Virus record (IMG/VR): IMGVR_UViG_3300035670_000247
Location: 1 to 57,882 of that record
Strand: one strand, 5' to 3'
Origin: a virus
Taxonomy: Duplodnaviria > Caudoviricetes
DNA: 57,882 bases
Shown: in pieces, positions 25,901 to 38,500 of the stretch
Numbering within the stretch: position 1 is the stretch's first letter
How the letters are laid out: every line of letters begins with the position of its first letter
Program-made: the position numbers and the translations under genes
The notes under the pieces: generated by a model
Told to the model about the DNA's origin: nothing
Database searches by the model: none
Seen by the model: only the letters and a program-made list of their open reading frames with translations

Positions 25901-26461
25901 TCACACTCCATCCGGCGGCGGGTCAGGCATTGCCATTTTGGTGACCACGGTGATTTTTCCGGTGGTGGTGTGTTCGACCTCCTGGCGGTCGCGCCAGCTT
26001 TTCCCCCTGCGGTTGAACAGCCATATCCGGGCGGCCTGTACGTCGCCGGGGATATGCCTGGCTGTGCTTTTCACGGTTTTTTCTATGCCGGTCATTTTCG
26101 TGGACACAGTGGTTTCCACAACGGGGATGTCGTAGCCGATGGCTCGCTTGTACAGAGAGTTCTCGACGCGGTAATCGGCCAGATCGCGGCCTGTGGCCAG
26201 GGCCGATTCAAGTTCCGGGTGAGCTTTGCGGTAACGATAAAAAGTTACGCGGTTGATTCTCAGTCTGTCGCATATCTCATCTACCGTGAACCCGTCGCGG
26301 GTCCAGCCGCTGATCAGTTCGAGGATCGGGGCGACGCGCTCCTGATAGCGGTCGCGGCGCGGCCGGCCGGACTTGCTCTGGCGTTTTCTCGCCTTCGGCA
26401 TACTGCCAGCCGCCGCTTTAATTGGTTTTTTGTGTTCTGGCATAAAAATATGCTCCGACAT
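25901..26461 (-). CDS. terS: Terminase small subunit
   Basis: HTH followed by VENSLYKRAIGY...GDVQAARIWLFNRR...WRD. Confidence 0.85.
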   Translation of the reverse strand: MSEHIFMPEHKKPIKAAAGSMPKARKRQSKSGRPRRDRYQERVAPILELISGWTRDGFTVDEICDRLRINRVTFYRYRKAHPELESALATGRDLADYRVENSLYKRAIGYDIPVVETTVSTKMTGIEKTVKSTARHIPGDVQAARIWLFNRRGKSWRDRQEVEHTTTGKITVVTKMAMPDPPPDGV

Positions 26462-26473
26462 TATTAAAATTAC

Positions 26474-26516
26474 ACTATGCTGCATACTGATGTCAGCTGC
26501 AGGGACATTTTTTTCA
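26474..26516 (-). promoter_or_regulatory. Late promoter: 17-bp box plus -10
   Basis: TGAAAAAAATGTCCCTG-N20-CATAGT. Confidence 0.8.
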
Positions 26517-29500
26517 TTCTATTTCGCGCAGTCGCTCGTGCTTGGGCGCTCTGGCCATCTTGCTGAGCGTGGCCTTGAGCGTCGAACGGTTAATCAACGG
26601 GATCTCCCCGTTCGGATGTCGGGCATGGACTCTGATGTTGTATTCGTCGATCTGGTTGTACAGGTCAATCAGCCCGGCATGGTCGCGGCTGGATGCAGGC
26701 TGGAGCCAATACGCCCGGAACCGCGCCAGAATGTCGGAGCGCTTGTTGCTGTAGTTCGCCGCCACCTGGCGTTCATTCCACTGCCGTTCCCGGATGGCAG
26801 ACAGCCGCGCCGGGTTGAAGCCCAAACCGCGAATGATCGCGTCCAGTGCCGTCGGCCGCAGAGGCTCGTCGCCGTAGAACACCGGGGAATTGCTCCAGGT
26901 GGTTATGCCCTTGGTGTATTCCCGGTACGCCTTGACCGGCGCGGCGGCGAAGCGCGGCAGCAGTTGTTCCGCGCCCTTCAGCGTGTCGCCGCGCAGTATT
27001 GATTTGCCGCCGTAGTAGATGTCCTGCATCACGCCGCCGGGAGCTCCGAGAAATTCCATCCGGGTGCTCGGGATCACGTCCCGCAGCGAGATTCGCAGCG
27101 AGCCGGATATGTTGACGTTGGCGAACGAGAACACGCCCTGGCGGGCGAAGCGGCTTGCCGGTTCACCGAATTGCGCTTCCAGCCATTTGTAGAAATCCTC
27201 TTCCGGGTCGTCGCCGCCGGACACCATTTTGAGCAGCGCCAGAACCGCGCCCGACACCACCGACGCGCCAAGTCCGCCGAGAACCGCCGGACTGAACGCC
27301 ATGTACAGTGCCGCGCCGTACTGTTTTTCCTTCAATCCGAGTTCGGCCATGGTCTGAAGGTAGTTGTGCGTGAATGTCTTGAACATCCAGAACGAGCGCG
27401 GCAATGGGTGCCGCGCCCAGCTCGGCAGGTTGGCCTTGCCGTACACGCCGTGCGCACGGTCGCTTACCTTCTTCGCTTTTTCCATCGCCGCTTCGTGCGC
27501 GGCGTCTGTCCATTCGCCCTGATGTTTGGATTTGATTGCTTCATACGTCGCGGCAATGGTGGCCACACGGTTGATCTGCTCGGTCACGCTGAACGCCAGC
27601 ATCGACAAATCGACCGCCTTGGCCGTCGCCCGTCCCAGTTTGCCTTTCAACGCCGTGACCGCCTCCCGGTTGTACTGGGCTTCGTGCCAGCCCCGCGCCA
27701 CGATGTCGTGGATGGTCGAGGCATACGCCCCGGTGTATTCCTTCCCCTGCTTCATCGCCGCCATGTACTTGCCGTAGGCCGCGCCGGTTCTGCCGAGCAG
27801 CTTGAACGCTTGAAGCTCCGAGATTCCGGCATATCCCCGCATCGCGCCCGGAACGCTCGTCAGCAGCGCGGTCAGGTTGACCAGAGGCGAAGAGAAACTC
27901 GCCAGGTACTTCACCGAAGCCACGCCGCGCAGTATTCCGAACAGACGCTCCATCGCGTCCTCGTTCCGCAGCATGTATTGCAGCAGGTCCGTGCCCTGCT
28001 TCCAGGCAATCGGCTGTTGAGCCGAATCGATCCGGCGTTCGTTAACGAACTTGTGGTAGTCTTCCTTGGTCGGGTTCTCCGCCTGCTTCGCCCATTCGGA
28101 GTAGGGCACGTCCGTTCCCGTGATCGCCCGAGTCATGTTCCGCGCCAGCGTGTTCTTCGCCAGACCGCCCGCCGTTGACTTCCCGAGCAAGGTCACCGCC
28201 GTCTGCGGGTCCTCTTCGTACCCGGTCCACACGTTCTCGCCGGTTTCGTCGCCGCGCATGATCATGCTCGACCGGCTTCCGTGCTCCCGTACCACGTTGG
28301 CGATCTGCCGCGCCAGCGCCTGCGCGAACATCAGTTCGGTGTCCGGGTTCACCGCCTGGTCCTCCAGCAGCGCCCGCACCAGGTCGCTCTCGATGTTGGG
28401 CCGCCCCACGAAGTGCCAGGCTTTTCCGTGGCCGTCGTCCGCGTCGTAGAACCTGCCGCCTTGCTCCATGAAAATCGCCTGCATCCCCTTGCCGTAGGTT
28501 CCGGCGACAACAAAGTCGTACTGCCCGTCCGCGCTGGTCTCCCGGAAAGTGTCCTTGATCTTGAAGTCGGCCAGCGTGTATTGGTTGGGGTTGCGGTGAA
28601 TGCGCTCCAGGGTGTTGTTGATCAAGTCCTGCATGGCGATGTTCGGACCCGCGATGCTGTACACGTCCTCGCTCGGGGTCTGGCTCTTGGACGTGTTCAC
28701 CGTGTACCCCTGTTCCTCCAGCGTCGCCTGCCGTGCCGCCATGAACGGAGGGGTATCGAACATTTCAAGTATCGGGTTCGCGCCGTCCTTCGTGGCGCTC
28801 AGAACGAACCGGCCCGGCTTGCGGATACGCGGCATGTAGTAACCGCGCCTCTGTCCCATCGACGCGATGGCGGCCAGCAGGTCAACCTGGGCCACGCCGT
28901 CCTTCGTCTTCATCGCCACCGGCGGGAACTTCTCGCCGGTCTGGTCTTCGTACTCACTTGCTATCTGCCGCATCGACATCGACAGTTTGCCGTACACCGC
29001 ATCATTGATTGAGCGAATTGCATAAAGCGCGGCCACGGCCTGCTCGGAGAACCCTGCCGCTTGTGCGTCCCGGCCTTCGCGCAGATAAACCGCGTTCCAT
29101 GCTTCGGTGTCACTGGAGAAATCGCCGAGCTTTTCCTTGCTTACGCTGTATGCCGTGAACGTGCCGTCCCGGTTCTCCAGCACGCTGCCGCCGGTCTGGT
29201 TGCGGTCGTGCTTGACCAGGTATTCTTGCAGCCGTTTGTACTGCAGTGGACGCTGCTTGCGGAAATCATCGATCACCGCCAAGCGGCTCGTTGCGTCCGG
29301 CGCGTTGAAGATGTCGTTCTCGAACTGAAACCGCGTGTCGTGGTAGGCAATCGCATGGTCGTGCGCCCGTTTCAGCGCCGGGACCTTGTCCGCCGAGTGC
29401 GAAAGCGTCCGCAGCACCACGTCCACGCCGGACAAGTCCTGCCTGCCTGGCCGGGTCAGTCCGGCTTTCCACTTGCTTCCCGTCGCCCGCAGCAGATTCG

Positions 29501-32500
29501 CCGCCTGCTGTACATGCCTGGAGAACGCCTCGCCAGCCTCTTCAGCCGTGCGCGGCACCCTGTGCTGATACATCGGCAGCCCACGCAACGCCTCCCCGCG
29601 AATCGCCGGAGTGATCGGCACCGACCAGACTTCCGGGCCGGCGCTCTCATCCACCTGGCGGATTTCCCAGTTGGGCGACGCGGTCGGGTTGCCGGCCTGG
29701 CGGTTTACGATCTGCACGTCTCTTTCGGAATCGTACACGGCATCGCCGAAGTATTCCCCTGTGGTGGTATTGACTATGGCCCAGCCTGCCGGGAGGTCGC
29801 CTTCGAGTCGCGCCTTCTCGACTCCGGCGGTTTTGTCCAGCTTCTTGACAAACTTCCCGACCTCGTTCGGCAGAATCCGGTCGTAGAACCCCTTCATGCC
29901 CTCGCCGCCGACCTTCAGTCCGTCCTCGGAAAACGTCTGTCTGGATACGTGATTTTCACCGGGAGGCGGGATGTAACTGGCATCCATGTTCTCGCCGGCC
30001 GTGATTTTGGCGGCTAGTTCCTTGCCGACCGTTTCATCAAGCTTGCTGGCAGGAATTACCTTCTGCATGAATGCAGCTTGATTATGCCCGATGGCGGTGA
30101 CATAATACCCACCATCCTTCTGCATGAACGCATGAATCTCTTTCACCTGCTTGCTCAAGTCATACCGCTCCGCCTGCACCTCGCCCGGGGTCCACGCCAC
30201 CGCGTCGTATCCCTGTTCCGCCGCCATCCGCAGCACCCGCTTGAACGCCAGCATCGCCCAGGACTTCTTGAATGGGGCGCTGGGAACAATGCCATCTGGG
30301 CCGATGTGAAGTTTTCCGTTAAGTTCATCCAGCGCGGATTGAATTGCCTGTTCACGAATCGGCGAACGAAGACCATAGATTTCACCGTCTTTCATAACGG
30401 CGTAATTTTTCCCATCCGGCGAACTTTGCTCAATTACCTTATATTCGATTGGCAGTGCATTGAAAGGCTTGCGTGGAACATACCCCTGCTTCCGCCCCGC
30501 CTGGTGCCAGTCGCTCTGAATCTCCTCGACGAACAACACCCGGTTCCCGTCCGCATCCATCCGGTCGTTCAGGCGCATGTGGACGAGGACGTTCGGATCT
30601 TCGGACCAGTGGGAGGACTTGAACTGAGTCTGGTCGGCTGGAGGAAATTCTCTCTGATACTCGGCGACATGCTGCTGCCGATCCTGTATCCGATAGCCTT
30701 TGTCCCGCATCCAATCCGTAAACCGTGGGGCTGTGTCGGCGGACACCGGTAGCTTGATCAGCACCTCGCGGTAGTTCTCTTTTTCCCCTTCCATCTGCCA
30801 TTTAGCGTGTTTAACTGGCGAAGCAGTCGTAGGCGCTGAGATTGTTCCGCCAATTTCATCCGCTATGGCTCGTGCTTCATGTTCGCTTGTTGCATGTCGG
30901 ATGAGGTTGCCATCGGAATCCCAAACGCCCCACCTCTCACCCTTCACCACTTCCTCGATCCTCGGCCCGCCGTTCGCGATGAAGTCAAGCACCTGGTCCT
31001 TCGTCACTTTCCCGTCCACACCGTCCAGCCAGTCGAAGAACCCGAGGTCGTCGATCTCTTCCTGCTTCACGCTGGGGGCCTTGAGCAGCCGCGCCTTCAA
31101 CTGATCCGCCGGGATCGAGTTGAACTCCATACCCTCCACCGCATCCGCCAGCGGACTGAAAAAGCCCAGCATATCACGTCCGGTCCTGCTGTACCGGATG
31201 TCGTCGGACGCGGCATTAAACCGCTCACTTAGCGGGATGACGTTGCCCTGGTCATCACGGGTCACCGGATCGGCGGACTTGACCTGGGAGGGGTCATTTG
31301 CCATATACTCGGTAAAGTTTTCATTAAAATCATTGCCCTGTTTCTGCTGTACATCATTGCGAAGAAAGACCTCGTAAACTACAGGAGTCCCATTGGACAT
31401 TTTTGCCCATAGTTCAGCAAACCGCTTTGCTACTTTGCGGCTATCGGAAAAGTGAGCAAATCCAGTATGAGTAGAAGCGGTTTCAAAGGTTGTAATGCCG
31501 CTTTTGTCTGTTCCGTGATATGCCTTTATTACATACCCCGCCTTCTTCGCCGCTTCATCCACCATCTTCTGCGCAGTCTCCATGTCGCCGCTTTCCACCG
31601 CTTGCAGATATTCCGCATCCGCCTGCCCGCTATCAGAAGCAGCGCTCATGTCTAGCAGTGTGTTCAGCGCGTCGTTGAAGATGCGGGGATTGCGGATCGT
31701 GTCGCGCAGGGTCTTCGTCCGTTTGCCGTCCGCGAAGGTGTCGAACCCCGCATACAGTTCGGCGGCAATTTCTTCCGCGAGCAGGTGGTCGGAGTTTTGG
31801 AAATAGCCGGGGTCGGAAGATTCGATGAAGCGCCGGTAGGCTTGCGCCACCGGGTGGGTGATGTCGATCTGGTCGAGCATCGACACCGCCGGGGCTTCGG
31901 AGTCGAGCACGAACATGTGGAACAGTTCGTGGGCGAATGTCTCTTCCCAGGTCGCGTCGTTGGCGTTTCTTGGCGCGGCAGTGTTGACCAGGATGAACCC
32001 GTCCCAATGCGAACCGTGCCAGTTGTTGGACGGCGCGTGAACCGGGATCACCGCCGCTCCGACCGCTTCTCCTCGGCGGCGAATCTCGCTCCATTTCGGC
32101 GATGCCGCCGCCGCTTCGTCAACCGTCAGGCCAGCTATTTCCTGTCGAGTTCTTTCTTGCAGTCCGCTTGAAAGTCCTGAAAGCCTTTGCAGGGTTTCCA
32201 GGTGCCGTCGGCCTGCTTTTCCATTCTCGGAGTGAACCGCATTCCGCCCACCTTCACCGAAACCATCGGTGCGCGGTCGCGCCCGATCACTTTCTTGCTG
32301 CCGTTCGAGTTTTTCGTAGTTGACATTGGGGTCGCCTCCTGATTCGATTATCTTACTGATGAGTTCTTGCGCTGTCAAGTCCGGGTCCGCATATCCGTAT
32401 TCCAGAGCTTCCTGCCGAAGCTGGTCCATGGTGGTAATCTTGTGCTGCCGATCAATCTCCGCCTCCCGGATCGCGTCCAGCTTCTCGCCGTTGCGTTCAA

Positions 32501-35500
32501 GAAGGGCGATGCGGTCGAGGACGGATTGATCCCATATCACATATTTTGCGCCCGTGGCCCCCTGGCTTACGCCGCCGTGGGTGTTGCCGGGGATGCCTGC
32601 GCGAGCGAGAAATTCTGAGGCTTCTTTATCGGATGGCCAAAACACATCACCGCCAGCCTTCTCATTGAAATGTTCAGCTATAACTGCACTTAAATTGTTA
32701 TAGAAAGTGCCTCCCTTGCCAAGAGCGTAGCCAAGTCCTTCGTTATCGTTTAGGTCGTAAAGGGACGTGGAGCCAATGGTTAAATCTTTAATGTCTATGT
32801 TTTCACGCTCTGCTTGTCTCCTAATTTTGGCAGCATTTTCAGGAGACACATTCCGGTCCCAATCCAGCAGCTTTGGCATCACGTCGTCGGGGATGTCGAG
32901 TTTGTAGAGGGATTGCCCGCTTATTGCATGGGCTTTATCGTATTCAACTTTGTCGATCAAATTGCCGTTTTTGTAGAACGCCCCCTTTCCGCTGCGATTC
33001 GTCATTGAGGAATACGTTGCCCCATCGTGTTCAAATTGATGGTAGCCTTTGCGAGCGTTTGCATTGATGTACGTTTTCGCTACATCATCCCTCTCCGCAA
33101 AGTATATTCCATGCCCGTATGACTGATTCCCTTCCCCCGTCCCGATCATGTCCAGGCGTGGCCTGCCATGCGGGAAACCCGGCTCCGGCTGCCAGATATG
33201 CGGAGTGCCGTGGTTAACGTGCTGCCGACGGATGTCGTCGCTCAGTTCATTGAACCGTTCGGACAGCGGGATCACGTTGCCCGCGTCGTCGTAGGTCACG
33301 GGATCGGTGGAAATTATCGAAGATGCTGGAAGCGGCCTTTCATGGCGTTGTGAATCCGTTGTTTGTCTTTCCGCAATGAGTCGATCTCTTGCGGCTTCAA
33401 CAGACCGGTTTCGGAGTAGCCACCAGGCTTCGTTTTCGGAGAGAGCGGAGGGAGAGTTTCCGATTTTGAATTCTTTGATGAGTTGGTAGAGTTTAACATG
33501 GTCGAACTTCTCCAGAAGTTTTGACATTGTGTTTTTTGTCAATTCCAATGTAGTGCTGCCGTGCGATGCTGTCAAACAACAAGCATCAACCACTATGCCG
33601 CCGGATTGCTCGATGTATTGACGAAGAGCAGCAAGAGTACCGCCTGCTGTAACATGATCGTCAACAATAATGTATTCCCGATTTTGTTGAACTGTTCCGG
33701 CAAAAGTCGGGCGGTTGGCCAACCGATAGGCCGCGCCTTTGCCTCTGTGAAAAACTTTGGAAGCCTGCACGATTTCGCGATCAACCTCCAAATTGCCGAT
33801 CTGAGCGATGGCTTCTGCGAACGTCTGAGGAATTGCGTTTTTACCTGACGCTTCTTCGGCATGAACAGCGCACACGATTGCGTTCGGGTGGCGAGATGCA
33901 AGTTTTTTTATCTTGTCCGGTTTAATAGTGTTTTCAATGAGCCTGGCTGCCGCGTCTGCGTTTCCGGCTTTCGCTTTGTCAAAGTCTTCTTGATAATTGC
34001 TTGTCACGTAACGACGGGTCGTGTGGATTTGTATTTTTTCAACTCGTCCACGCGGTGCGAGGTCCGCAAATCTGGGATTGTCGGTGGCGTTCATCATCCG
34101 GTTCACGATCTTGGCCTGCAACCGTTCCGCCGTTGCGGAGTCCGCAAACGCCTTGCCCAGGTCGTTCCGCCCGGACAGATAGGCCATGGCGATTTCCTCC
34201 GCCACCGCACGGTTTGCCGCGTCGATCACCCGCTGCTGATTTGCGGTGTCCGCAATGTCCGCGTCGGTCAACCCCAGCCGGTTCATCGCGTCCCGATAAT
34301 ACCGCCGCTGGATGTCCCGGCTCTCGAACAAGCCACGGGCCACCTCGCGAAACGCCGGGCTGTTCTGATCAACCGCATCGATCAGCCGCGTCACGTCCCG
34401 GTCGCCGCGTTCGGCCAACACATGCCCCACCTCATGCACCAGGTAGTTCTCCGCCGCCGGAGTGTCGGCAATGAACACCGAGTCACCTTGGGCGAACCCG
34501 CCCTGGGCGGCAACCGGCAGAGTGACGGGCACGGCAGTCGCGCCGTTCCGCCGGGCGATGGAATCTAGTCCTCGGAAAGCCGCCGAAGATGCCCATCGCC
34601 CATCGAGTCGAACACGTGCAAGGTTGCCTTCGGTATCTCCTTGTTTTGCCTGCGCAAGAGCCTTCTGCCATGTCTGTCGGGCTTGCCGACGCTGTTGAGC
34701 GGAAGGTGCATCCGTGTTCCGTCCGGCGTATTCACGTGCAACTGTTTCAGAGATGTCTTGTTCATCGAGTCCTCCTTGTCTTGGTGTCAAATCCGCGTAC
34801 ATCATGACTCCGCGTTCCGTCTCGCGGGTCTTGATCGTGTCGAACAGCTTGTCGAATGCCTTGTTGATCGCCTGGCGTTCTTCGCCCTCCGGGTACGGTT
34901 TCAGCAAACCTTCCGGGTAGATGGGGACGAAGACCGTTCCATGGGCCTTGTAGACAAGGAAGTCGTTCTTCGCGCTGGCCGTCGTCAGCTTGTCTTCAAC
35001 ATACGCCGCGAACGCCCGTGCCGCCATTTCCGGGTTGCTCGACCAGTATTTATCCGTCCGCGCCTGATCCGCCGCCATGGCCTGCCGCCGGAACTCGGTC
35101 GGAACGTTCTTTTCCTTGACGACTTCCTTGCGACCTTCCTCCATGGTCTCGATGCGGTCCTGATAGCGGCTCATCACGCCACGCAGTCGGATGAACGTGC
35201 TGTCGCTGCTTTCGCTGAAGCCGGTCCTGCCGCGAACGGCCTTGTAGATCGCGCTCATCTCTTCGAGCACTTTGTTCGTGTGCCGTCCGGCGAAGTACTT
35301 GTTTTTTCGCCGCTTCGTCGCCGCGTCGTCCTCCATCCACTCCGTGTCCAGCGATTCACCGTTCAGCAGCGTCTGCGCCAGCTCGTCGAATCGCGCCAAC
35401 TGCTCCGGGGTCGCCGGGGCCGTGAACCGCTTGCCGTAGCGTTGTTCGGTCGCCAGGTTGTTGCGGATTCCCTGCAATTCCTCATCCAGTCGGTCTCTCG

Positions 35501-38500
35501 CCTTCCCCAGCCACTTTTCGGCCTTCTCCGTGTCCTCTACATAGGTTTCCGCCTTTGAAAGCATCGTCGCCACGACGTTATCGAACGCATCCCGAACTTC
35601 TGGCCGCACTTGGCTCGCCCCGCCCCGCCTCAGCTCTTCGGTCGCCATGCTCGATTTCTTGGGGTCGTATGTCATATCCCCGCGTTGGTTCGCGGTCTTT
35701 TCGCTGGTGGCGATTCCGTCCTGCCGGGCGAAGTAGTGATCCACCGCGTGCCACCATTCGTGCGCCAGATGCCCGGCCCCGGACATCTTGGTCAGGTTGA
35801 TCACGGCGTAGTCGCGCTCGTAGTGCGCCGCCGCCCCCTGCAAGCCATGCCCCCGCGCCCCGAACGCAATCGCCAGCTCGCCGTCCAGCGACATCGCCCG
35901 AGGCGGCACGTTCAGCAGCTCCGCCAAGTCCAGGAACGAGTCGAAGGCATGGTTCATCACTTCCTGCCGTTCCTCGGTCTTGCTCACCCAGTTCCCGAAC
36001 TCCACTCCACGGAACCCGAACGTCTCGTCGAACGCCTCGACCGTCGCATCGCCGGACCGCCGCACCTTGCCTTGACGGTCGACCGTCGTCGGCTTGAGCA
36101 GCACTTCCTCGCCGAAGCTCAGTCGAGCGTCCAGTATCTCGCCCGCGTGGAGCGCCATGTGTTTCATGGCATCTTCGCGGCTGTCGAACATCTCCGGGAC
36201 CGCCTGCACCATTCGCTTGTTGCTCAGTCTGCGGTAGATCGTGAACTTTCCGTCGCTTGCGCCGTAGACGCTGTGGTTCTGCGCCACCGCCGCCACCGGC
36301 AGAATCTCCTCCGCCTCTTCCCGAGTATCGAACTCCTTGCGCGAAATCTGCAACGGTTCGTTCGACAGGTACGAGTGGCTTTTCTTGCGCAGGTCGAGCA
36401 GCACCCACTTGCCGTTCCTCGGGCTGTCTTCCATTTCCCCAGTCGCCCGGTTCCGGCGCGTTTCGTTCTGGATTTGCTGAACCACGTATCGCGCCCGCCA
36501 GCCCGTGGGCTTGTCTTCGTCGGTCTGGCCTTTGCGCCGGACCTGCCGCCCGCCAGCCGTGTCTTTCCGCGCTCCGCCGATCTTCTCCCCGAAGTCCTCG
36601 ATCACGCCGGGCACCTGCCGCGCCGCCGCGCTGGCATTGGCATTCGCTTTCGATTGATTGTTCGCCGCCACATCGAACAGGTTCTGGTCTTCACCCAGAA
36701 GATTACCCTGGATGCCCTTTGTATTGTCCACGATCCGGGCGCGTTGCATTTCCCGAATCTTCTTTTGCTGCGCTTCCTTTCGCGCCTTCTCCGCCGCCTC
36801 CGCCCGTTCCCGCTTCACATCGTCCTCGGTATACGACTCCAGCTCCAGCGTTTCGCTGTCCGTCTTCGTCTCCGCCTCTGCCGCCTGGCTTTCCGGTGCA
36901 ATGGCCGCCACGATGTCGTCGGCCATCTCGTCGAGCTGCTGTTCGGAGTTCATGTCGCTGCGGTATTCTTCGTTTCCCGGCCAGTTCCTCGCGCCCAGGT
37001 ACCACGACTTCAGGTAGGGTCGCACCTTCTCGCCCAGGTCGTTGATCATCGCCTTCGCATACGCCGCGAACTTGCGGGTTCCCGCCTTCACATACAGCGA
37101 AGTCAACTCGATCCCGGCGGTCAGAATCTCCGGGTCGATCCCCGCCGTCGCTTGCCCGCCCAGCTTCCGCCGTAGCTTCTTCTGTAGTTCCGCCCCCCGA
37201 GCCTGATCTTCTTCCGATAGATTACTGAGAAACCCGGACTTCTCGGCGGGGGTGTCCTGGCTTTCTTCCGTCTGGGTTGTTGACTGCTGATATTGTTCTT
37301 CGAAAAGGCGATACGTGTAACCTTTTTTATCTGTGGCAACGTAGCGAATGTTGCTATGCAAAAATCCACCGTCTGCAAGCTCAATCTTGCCCGTGATCGT
37401 CAATGGCGTATTTGCAGGTATGGTTTGGTCTGACTTGACAGGGTTCCCGCGCTGGTTTTGGGTGTTTCGGGCTTGGACAAAAATGTCTTGTGTTGTTATG
37501 GTTTCTTTTGGAAATGTTTCGTTTGCCAGACCTTGATCGGGGGTCCGATGTTGGCTTAAATATTCGTCCGCCCAGGGTTCTCCTAAATAATCCGATACCA
37601 CTTCAGCTTCAACGCTTTCTCCGGCGGCGATTGCCTGTTGGACGCTTTGCTTGTGCAATATTCCGGCATCGTCTTCCGCCTTTCTAAGGGCATCTTGATT
37701 GTCCCTCCATTGATCTCCTATGTCTTGTCCGTTTTGGGTGGCGCTATACAGCTCATCGCCGCGACGGGTAAGCGTTTGCACGTCAGCATTGGTGCGTAAA
37801 AACGAGTCAAGCGTCATCTCCCACGGCTCTTTGGCCTGCGCCCGCCCGTCCGGCTTTTGTAGTTCCGGGTAGTCGGCGGCTGGGTTGGATGATTGCGATG
37901 GGTTCGGCACAGCAACGATTGATTCTTGATATGCCTTTTTCAACTTGTCGTAATCAATTAGTTGCCTACCATTTTCGTCTGCTTCTGAAAGCGCTCCAAT
38001 TTTGCTTAACGGGTCCTGCCATTTCCATGAAACCGCACCGTTGTATTTTTCTGAAACGCCTTCCAAAAAGTCAGACAGCTTGTCTCTGTTGTATGTGTTT
38101 TCGTCAGGAAGCAACTTTTTAACCCATGCTCCAGACGGCCTTGAGTCTGCTTTTGTTTCAAGATTTTGCTTGTCATTTTCTATTTGATTTTTTGTTTTAC
38201 CCTTGTTTTCAATCGTAGTTACATCTTGCGGGTTTTCTGTTGATGCGACTTTAAGGGACTTACGAAGTTGTCCTTCTTTATCAAGAGACCTTCTAAGCAT
38301 CTCTTCGTGCTTTCTCATCGCTGAAATGCTATTTCCTCTTGCGCCTGTTTCCTGAAGTTGCTTTGTCGTTTTTTTTGCGTTTTCTAACTTGCTAGAGATG
38401 ATTTCTTTTTCAGAAACTTTCCTTGCAACTTTAACAATATACCTGTTTTCGCTGCCGTCTTTGTCAATGGCAATGTATTCGGCAGACCGAAACGTCGTTC

